A DNA stretch of 64,000 nt from assembly GCF_009914755.1 (NCBI RefSeq), contig NC_060928.1. One strand, written 5' to 3'. The notes under the pieces are model-generated. The model saw only the letters and a list, made by a program, of their open reading frames with translations, made no database searches and was not told where the DNA came from. The stretch comes from the human T2T-CHM13v2.0 reference genome, Homo sapiens. Of this stretch, positions 54,697 to 64,000 are shown piece by piece (positions within the stretch are counted from its first letter, which is position 1; every line of letters begins with the position of its first letter). Both the position numbers and the translations under genes were made by a program.

Positions 54697-55879
54697 TGTA
54701 AAGCCAAACTTTATACTATAGCTTTTACCAGATTTTAGTTTGTATTTAGTTTGACACTGAAGCCCCATGCTCATAAGAATTTCCCATGTAAGTTATTTGG
54801 AACAAATCTTTACCTTCATATTAAACTTTAAAACTTTCTCCAAATTCAAAATTTTTAAGAAATTGACAAAATATTTCTAAATTACATCATCCTGTGTTTG
54901 TTCACTCTCTCTTCTTCTCAGATCATTGGCATCCATTCCACAACTTCTCCCATTTGCACATCTGTATACACTCATTCACACATAATTTTTTAAGCAACAA
55001 AAATTACTTTACACCTAGAGAATACATCTAACAATTTAAAAAGCCCCTAGGAAACTCTATAGTCCTCTAACATGCATTAGAAATCTTTTCTTGGCAAATT
55101 CTGACTACAAATGACACTGGGTACAATAGTGCAAGGATTTAGGCTATTGAGTCTAGGAAGAAATTATCTGGAGTATTTCACTTTTCACAAAGTAGCTCCC
55201 ATTGTGTAGGAGTTCCAATACATCTGTGAATAATCGTAACCCCAGATGTATATTTAGGATTTGTATTTATAAATAATTAAGAGTATGCCATTTGGGCACT
55301 GACTGAAAAATGTGCATATTTTCTACTTCATTGGCATCAAAGTGAGAATATCACTTCTGATATCTGTCATAATTCAAGCTTAATGAAATTAGGTAAACCA
55401 TTTGAAATTACATGTGGCTTTGTTTTCCAGTGCCACGTGTATTCACAATGATATGACAATAGAAGATCCAAGTTATATTGTGGTCATTCCATGGTTTTGG
55501 GAAACAGAAAAGGTGATTTTGCCTTGACAGAAGTAGCATTCTACTTCCACGTGTGACATGATTTTTACTTCATGGAACAACAAAAATGGTGACATGTTAA
55601 AGTTAGAACATATAACTATAATCTCGTAACTCCCTAGTTTAAATCAGGACCACAGTAAAAGCCTCAGAAGAGACGTATGAATGCTTGACATAGGGATGAT
55701 GTGCCATATGTATAATATTTATTTGAAATAATCCATTGTGAAATCACTTGTTAGGATTCACCTTGGGGAGCCAGTTTTATTCTACTCAAATGTACACAAA
55801 TGGAGAAAGAAAAGGAATGCCGACGGTAATACATATAGGTGGACATCACATAGGAGTGAAAGTGGGAGGGAACACTAAC

Positions 55880-55945
55880 CATATTAGGCTTGGATGGGCA
55901 ACAGCGCACAGGGAAGAAGCCCTCCCACAGCCACATTCGCAGCAA
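55880..55945 (-). CDS. EPHA5: EPHA5 66-nt in-frame juxtamembrane cassette exon (approx. exon 9): (S)[21 protein letters not shown](W)
   Basis: Acceptor ttgcttttcag|TTGCTGC, donor CTAATATG|gttagt. Length 66 nt, phase 2-2. Matches the Cys-rich insert of long EPHA5 isoforms. Confidence 0.93.
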
Positions 55946-57403
55946 CTGAAAAGCAAACAAGAGAGCCCAAGATAAGGAAGAGATCCCACTCCCTCAAATA
56001 TAGCATAAAGACACTATGAATTTACTCAGGTGTCTGCTTTCCTTTTCAAAATCAAAAACCTCTAAATGCATACAATTAATTTTTTTCCACAGTGCCTTTC
56101 AAATTAAGAAGCATTTTATGGATTTAAGAAATATAGAGTTGTAGTAAATTGTTATTTTTATTTTGCTTAAAGTGGTTATCCAGTAGGAAATGTCATGAGC
56201 CAATATATTCGAATTAATTGTATGCAATTCATATAGACATATAAATAAAGATGTAAGCCCATTCTAATATATCTCTCCTCAGAAATTCCCTCAAAATTTA
56301 CATCAGAAGAAATCCTAAATAGCCCTTTAAATACATGTTTTGCACATAGCCTACAACCTTGGAAAGAGTATAAAGACTTTCTCATGTGACCCACCAATTT
56401 CTTATGCCTGTGGTATTACTTATCATAGCCTATTGAAAATGTTAGGCATACATAACTCCCCAGATCATTTATTGAAGCCTACCAATTTAATTTTACATTT
56501 CCAGATTTAAAAACAGTATCTCCAAATATATATTTTCAGAGCAGTTGCTATATAAAAAAGCAAACTATACAGAATACATGCATTTTTCCAGATATTGCAA
56601 CACTCAAGATTCTTTTAATTTGTCCACATATTCATAGTAATAAATCCAGGAAATACAAAGTAAACTATTTTATAAAATGCACTTTATTGATAGAAAACAT
56701 GTAAACTGGTGGCAGAATAAAAGACATAAGTTATTTAGTGCTTCAATGCATTCAATTCTATGTATTTTTTAAATGAGTAGCATTCACAGTGATCTCAACA
56801 GAACTATAATGTGAGCTCAGTAGAGATAGGATATACCAGCAGGTCCAGGCTTTCATTTAAAATCTGTTTTGAACTTTCATTTCTAGAAATGTATCTATTC
56901 TTTTTTATATCAAAAAAAGTAAACAAAACATAAACTTCCAATAAATTTGCAAACACTAATGAAGATAGATGATTATTTCCAAATAAAATTCCAATGGATC
57001 TTTTCAAAGAAAAAGTAGACAATTTTTATATATTTTCTTTTGTAGCACTGACAATATTTTAATTTGTAGTACTACTAAATGTCTGAGGATTTGACTGCTG
57101 TCACTAAAATGAAATTCTAATAAAAAATTGCTACGTAACATTTATTTCCAATTTGTCTATTTATTATATTTTAAAGAATATGCCAAATCATTATTTTCAC
57201 TGTAGAGATATTGAGAGTCAGAGTTACAGTATATCAGATTATTAAAACAATCAAAGAGTAGTTAATACATCTGTAAAGTATTTTGGCAGATCTTGATATA
57301 CTCCTTTACAGTAACACCTGTTGCATTAATGTCTCCAACAATTACTAAAATTTTATATAAGTTAACTTTCCTACCACTTCTGCCTCGTTGCAGCACTCAG
57401 ATT

Positions 57404-57606
57404 AGGGGTTGGCAAACTACAGAGCAAGGGCCAAATCCAGTTCACTACTTGTTTTTGTAATTACAATTTTATTGGAACACTCACTGCTTGTTGTTTATGG
57501 CTTCTTTAGTGCTGCTGTGGCAGAGTTGAGGAGTTGGGGCAGAGAATGTATGTCTTATAAAGCCTAAATCAAATATCTGGCCCTTTAAAAACCGTTTGCC
57601 CTCCTT
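57404..57606. mobile_element. MER58A (hAT-Charlie)
   Basis: aggggttggcaaactac...gggccaaatcc...ttttattggaacac...atctggccctttaaaaaccgtttgcc. Confidence 0.85.
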
Positions 57607-60544
57607 TGTTAGACTGCTAGTTTTCTGAGATGAGAATGACTGCTCTTGTTTGCTTGTTTTCTTTCTTTCTTTCTTTTTTATTTTTTTGCATGGTTTAAAC
57701 ACAATGATTGACACTTGTAAGCAGTCAATGTTTTACCATAATTGGTATTAACTAACAATAAAATTACCTCAATTTACTGATATCTACTAATGTAGAAAGC
57801 CTGCAGATATGGGTTCATTTCAAACAGCAGTTTCAACCCAACAAAAAAATGAACAATTACTGGTTGTTAACAAATGTATCCAATTGTTTGTTAATGAGGA
57901 AAAAAAGATGTCATTTCCTAACAAAACACAAATATACTTCTAGTTGAAAGTGTGCACAGTTTATAAATTCATATAGAATTGTGCATGGGAAAACAATAAC
58001 TGCATCGTGATTGGCTATTATCTCATAGAATTTGTCTAACACTTGGTCAGTGAAATAAATGTGTCAAGAAACACATAAACAATTCTAAAAATAATAACAT
58101 TTTATAAAGTTATCTTAATTAAAAAATAAGCTTTGTGTCTTATGAATAAGTATGCACATACACACACACACACACACTCACACAGAATTCACTATAACAC
58201 CAAATCCAAGAATCTAAACCAAGTTACATATCATTAGAATTCTACTTTATAATTTCAATAAAATTTGATTTAAAAACCTAGAACCATATTAAATTAAATA
58301 TTTATACTTCTATTTTATTGTATTTGTTTTAAGATGACATAAAAATTGCTTTAGATAATTTGGTTAACCTTTCTTATTTAGGTTGACAGCTATAAAATAG
58401 TGATAAAAATAGATGTTTTCTCATAGGTTTTGTGAAAATAAAGTGAGAGAATACATCTATTTTACTTTGATCAGTGTCTGGCATATCAAGTATTTTGGAG
58501 GAAAAGTGTTAGCTATTACTCTTAATTTTATCATAATCGATGTGACAGAATAGATTCTCATTATCTCAGAGTAATTTATATTTTTCATAATTGATATGAC
58601 ATTACTAGACTAAATATTTTTATCCATAATAGAACTAAATAAACATTACATTCAGATTAACTAATATAAATACCTAATGGCCAATGTAATTTAAAAAATC
58701 ATTTCCACGAAATACGTTTTCTAAGGATTTGGTGATTAGATAATACTGTGCATTAATATGTTATTAAGAAAACTAAGACAAGTTACTTTTCTATGAACAT
58801 CTGAAGTTTAACAATGGCCCCCTAATAACCTTTTAAAATAATTTCTGAAGACGCTTTCACAGTAACAGCTTGACATCAGATGGTATAAAAAACATATTTT
58901 TCCATCAACCAATAAATATGCAGATAAGTACAGGTTAATGCTTAGAAGCTCAGAGATGATTTAGAAATAGAAACCAAAATGTGCTAGAAATAGCAAGCAA
59001 TCTTATCTGTGAGCTCTGATTCAACACAGTCTACATCTGTATTCCCATCAGTGTTTAGTACCTAGAACACTGTACATAACTGCATGCAGCTATAACAAGA
59101 TTGTTTTAATCCAAGTTTAAAATAGCTTAGCTCCTTTTGGCTTAGAATAAAAAACTGTTGATCTTTGTTTTAACAAGATATTTCCATTTGTCCTTCAGCA
59201 GATTAAAATATGATAGCATAATCTTTTCAGACCCAAAGAAGATTCAAATAAAATTACTTTAGTCAGCTCTTACACAGAGTTGATCAATATAGGTATGAAG
59301 TGTGTCTATGTAAGTATGATAACCTCCTTCCTATGGAAGCAAGGTGATTATTCATCTAGGGAAGGAATTCTCAGATGCCAGAACAGAGAAGCAAGACTGC
59401 AGGCTATGGATAAATTATGACTTAAATTCTTAAACAAGAGATCATAGAATTGGATAATAAAAACACTAAGATGTCAACAGGTAAATGAGAAAAAAGCAAG
59501 AAGAGTAATTTCACAAAAGAAGTACTTGAATTACATAGAAAATATTTTTATTTTACTTGTAACAAAGGAAGAAAACTAAAAGGCTGCATAATTTTCCTAT
59601 TTTAAATTAAATTAACAACAAACGATGATATTCAGGGCTAGAGAAAACAGAATGGAGCTAGTGTTCTTATGTGTGGCAAGTGACACTGAAAAGTGGCACC
59701 AATCCTTTAGAAAACAAAATTCTAAACCTATCAAAAGGCAATAAAATGTTCTCATGCTTTGGCCCTATTGTTTCACAAAATGGTTAGATCATGGGGTTTG
59801 TAGTCAAACTAGAAGCAGTCTTGAATATATCCATTACTAGATGCATAGCTTTGGATAATCTAGTCACTGATGAAATGAGATAATAAAACCTGCACCACAC
59901 AGGGTTGCTTTGAAGAATGAGTTTGATCATATATGTCAAGCTCTCTGCACTGTTTGGGGCTCACAGTCAGCACTTAGAAAGTTTTTAAGTGATATTACTA
60001 TATTAAGACAGTCTTAGGGCAAAGAGTGAGCTATATTATTATAATGTATATTATTTGTAATATACATAAGGCTGAGCATAGCTTTTAAAGCAACTAAATG
60101 ATAAAATATTTGTTCAGTAAACCAAAGTATATATGTGGAGTCTATGAAGCAATTAATGTAAATATGGTATAATATTAAATTTTTAAAAATTAGGTAAAAA
60201 TCGGTGTGAAGAAAAGTAAAATGATGGCATAGGCATATGTCAAATGTGTAAGAGACATTGTGCTGAAATGTTACATTCATTGCATTATGGAAAAATTTTT
60301 AGTTCACCCTGGTTTCATTTTTTAAAAGTTGTACTTTATAATTTCAAAAAAAATTAAACAAATCCAGTAATGATACTTATTGCAATATATTTCATTAAAG
60401 GCCATGAGTTTTTAAGTGATTAAAAAGAATTTAAACACATAGCTAATATTAACCAAATAACACTGAATAAATTGTTCACTTGTAATTAACACTACAATGT
60501 TAATAGTTTTATACATTCCTTAAAATATTTCAGGATGCAAAACT

Positions 60545-60802
60545 GCATAGTACTAAATGTGTTTCCGCCAAATTTGTATGTTGAAGTCTTGACCTCAAAA
60601 GTGATGATTTTAGGAGGTAGGGTATTTGGAAGCTGATAAGATCATAAGTGCCCAGCCCTCTTGAATGAGGTCAGTTTTCTATCAAACAGGTTTGAGGGAA
60701 TTCCCTTGTCCCTTCCCTCCATATAAAGACACAGCAAGAAGGCAACCTTCTGCAAGGTGGTAAGAGAGCCCTCACTAGGAATCAAAGAGGCAAGCACCTT
60801 CA
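60545..60802 (+). mobile_element. MLT1A-like MaLR LTR, partial
   Basis: aatttgtatgttgaagtc...ttaggaggtaggg...gacacagcaagaaggc...gagagccctcactag. Confidence 0.75.
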
Positions 60803-61523
60803 ACATTAAAATATCAACACCTTAAAAATACTTGATGACCCAAACTCTACCACATTATTTAAATGCAAGTTTTAAATAGAGATTAAATCATATAAATGAC
60901 TGAGGTGCAACTTAAATAAATTATGCACTTAACATGAATTTCTTTGAAAAATCCCCCAAATTGTACAAATCTAAGTGTCTCCTGTGCGGCCATTCATCTT
61001 AAGGAAAAAGTCAAAAACACAAACAAACAAAAACTAATTCACATTAACACTGTAATCAGACACTCTCCTTATTTCTTACTCTAAAAAAAACTATTAGGAC
61101 CTAGAAATATCAAACTAAATGAAAGCAGAAAAAAACTTGAGGTGAGACATATTTAGAAAACACTTCAATTATTTTTTTTCAAGCTATACTTCAATAATGA
61201 CTCTCTGTTTTTACTTTGTTTCATTACTCTAATGGGCCAGAGATCATTATAAAACATTAAGTTCTTCCTCCACAAATGCCACAGGTAAAGGAATTGATTC
61301 AATTAGCAAATGTTATTAAACGTGTTAGATACAATTTGCTTATTCCAATATATATTTGAACTCAAAATAAATTTTATCAAATATTAACCATCTTTCATAA
61401 ACTTTTTGCTGCGGTAGAAGATACAGTCATTCTCATTATTAGTAAACATTTACTGAGAATCTATATGCTATTCTTTAATAGTGAAGAAATTACATAACAA
61501 CAGTTCTCTACTCATGTGTAACA

Positions 61524-61696
61524 CAGTGGTTCCAAACCTGGCTACACATTAGAATCAACAAGGAAGCTTAAAAACAAAAGTCCAGGCCTTACTTTACAAT
61601 AATTAAATCAGAACATCTTGATTGTGGAACTCAAACATCATTATTTTTCAAAATCTGTAAGTTGATTCTAAATTTTCTCCAGGTTGAGAAACACTG
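61524..61696. mobile_element. MER5B/MER5A element
   Basis: TIRs cagtggttccaaacctgg...ccaggttgagaaacactg; cacattagaatca; aattaaatcagaa. Confidence 0.8.
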
Positions 61697-61879
61697 ATCC
61701 AAGAGATACTCAATAAACACGTATTGTATTGAACTGATGTGTATTATAATAGTTCTTTGGGAATTTACTTAATGAATACAAGGGAAAGGCTTGTAATTAG
61801 CATATTAATGGCCTGCATGTAAGCAGAAACTTCAAAAGTGCCTGGAGGTGCTTATAAATAATATGTTCTTTGGTAAGTA

Positions 61880-62099
61880 TGTATATATAGAGAGAGATTA
61901 TATATAATTAAACATATAATTTATATATACATTATATATATGTAAATTATGTACAAATTTTATATGTAAAAATCTTATGCATAAAAAGTATTAAAAACAT
62001 ATATATCAGATATATGATATGAAGAAGACTTCAATAATGATGTATATATATCATATATATGGTATATATGTATCATATATACATCATGATGCATATATG

Positions 62100-62136
<37 letters not shown>
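61880..62136. repeat. TA-rich low-complexity tract ending in (CA)n
   Basis: Direct reading. Confidence 0.9.
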
Positions 62137-63234
62137 TTAATCAGGTCCAATTCCATTAAGAAAATTAAAGTCAGATGTGGTTTCTCCTTTGCTCTCCCAA
62201 TTAATATTTCCAATAATTATGAAAGGCCTGGACATGATATTAGTGGCAACAATAACAGGTTAGAAAGAGTTATGTTCACTCCTAAAAATCTTTCCTGTAT
62301 TTCTTGAAGAACAAAATCACAATCACCACTGCTACCACCATTATCACTTTCACTGCTACCAGTAAAAACAAAGCAAGAAAAGAAATATTAAGAAACACTA
62401 TTTTTATCTTTGGCAAGAACATTATAGGGAAAAAAACCCAGCATGGAACTATGACTATTGTGGAGTTCCCTCTGATATTTTGGGATGATGGATTTTATTG
62501 AGCTCACTCTAGAGCGCATATCCTATTTTAGAAGACTTCAATAATGCCCTGGTCATAATATCTGCCAGTCTGAAGGAGTAATGGTATCTTCCTACCAACT
62601 TATTATAAATCAGTGACTCAGACACTTGGACATCTCTTCTTCTAATATTTGTTTAAAAGTAAGAAAAGGGGTTGGGGGAAGTAGGAAGGAAGGTGTGGTT
62701 TTAAAATTTTTGAATGCCTTCTCAGTGATTCATAACATAAAAAATATATATGATATGAATCACGTAAGCCATATTCCCATTTGGAGCCACAATAAAAACT
62801 AAACAATATTAAACACTATCATATTCTGGAAAAATATAATTTTTTTAAAAAGAAAATCTTGCATGTGTATGATGTGCATGTAAAAATTAACTTCCTTATT
62901 TTTCAAAAATCGGTTTGTATACGAGAAAGTTCCTGCCATTAATGAGTCAGGAAGGAATAGAAGATGAGGTTGTGCAGGGACACAGGAGAGGCTGTGGAAG
63001 GCCAAATAGTCTGGGCTAAGGAGTCACAGGAAACTGGGCATGCCATATGCACTCATACCCATGCGCCTTTTTCCATCATACTCTCCCGACCATCTCTGGT
63101 AAAATTTATCTTCACCCTCAAGGTGTAGTTCAAATCTACCACTCCTCTATCAATATTTCTGTGTTCATTTAAGCAGAGATAATTTTATCTTCTATTCTCA
63201 CACTGATTTCTTCTCAATTTGTTCCAAATACTCA

Positions 63235-63603
63235 CAATCTATAGCAACTGGTCCAAGAAGTCAAACCATAACCTTTGTAGCAATCAGACCAAATGGTTAG
63301 AACCTAATAACTGCAAACTTCCCTAATTTTTGGTCCCTATTTCCAATTCAGGATCAAACAAAGGAAGCCAAATCACCTAGGATGCTCTGATTTTAGGTAG
63401 CCCATTTCCAGCTTCAATATGCCAACAACCTCCAAATCTGGGCCTAACTGAAGCCTTCTCTTTGTCCCCATTATTACCCTATCCTGTCTGCCTTTGGGTT
63501 TCTACCAAATGCATGTGATGTTGGCTGATCCTCTTCTGTAGTAAGCTGTGGAAAAAATACTCTGTGTTTGTTCTCAGCTGGGTGATTTCAGCTTATTTCC
63601 ACA
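63235..63603 (+). mobile_element. ERV-class solo LTR fragment, family uncertain
   Basis: cttccctaattttt...gccaacaacctcc...ctgaagccttc...gcttatttccaca; ends in CA like an LTR. Confidence 0.6.
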
Positions 63604-64000
63604 GAAGAGATAATCTTTACTAGTTCAATAAAGGGAAAATATATGGATTCATCTTTGCAATCAACGACCATCTTATTTCTGTTCCAGCATAATAATAGTG
63701 TTGATATACAACATACTGAATCATGTTTCTTACTCCTGCAGAACGATGCCTACACTGAGCAAACATCAATTACCTCCATTTCTAGGAGCCTAAATTTGCT
63801 AAGCTTCTTCCACTGAGCTCTTCCTCCCCCAGTCATTTCACAGCTGAAACACGTCTGTCTCCGGGGCCTCTTAGAAAAGAACGTAGGATTATCATGATGA
63901 ACCTATTTGTGCTCAGCTATTTTAGGTTTTAAATTATTTTGAGAAAAGGAGAGAAAATTTGAAAGCAAATAAAGTTGCAAATAAGTGATGCTGTTTTCGT

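Noticed and set aside
55751-55960. 69-aa ORF over the cassette exon
   Set aside because: Wrong frame; the exon frame reads CCECGCGR.

Overview
AT-rich, CpG-poor primate (very likely human) genomic DNA carrying the 3' half of the EPH receptor A5 gene (EPHA5) on the minus strand. Ten GT-AG-bounded exons (55945 down to 3048) splice in frame into 440 aa plus stop: a Cys-rich juxtamembrane cassette, the [11 protein letters not shown] juxtamembrane motif, the complete tyrosine kinase domain, the SAM domain and a C-terminal MVPL. About 3 kb of 3'UTR runs off the left end. The rest is intron with old repeats (L2, MIR, L1M, MER5/20/58/103, MER6, LTR16, MLT1), three Alus, one inverted and deleted L1PA, and microsatellites. 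Exon numbers assume an 18-exon model, and repeat families were called by eye. I found no new multi-gene system. The best leads are routes to truncated receptors (stop plus polyA signals right after the penultimate exon, twin AATAAA after the juxtamembrane exon, a candidate poison exon), a 53-bp near-perfect inverted repeat, a twin-primed L1, and a miR-17 seed cluster split by a candidate proximal polyA site.
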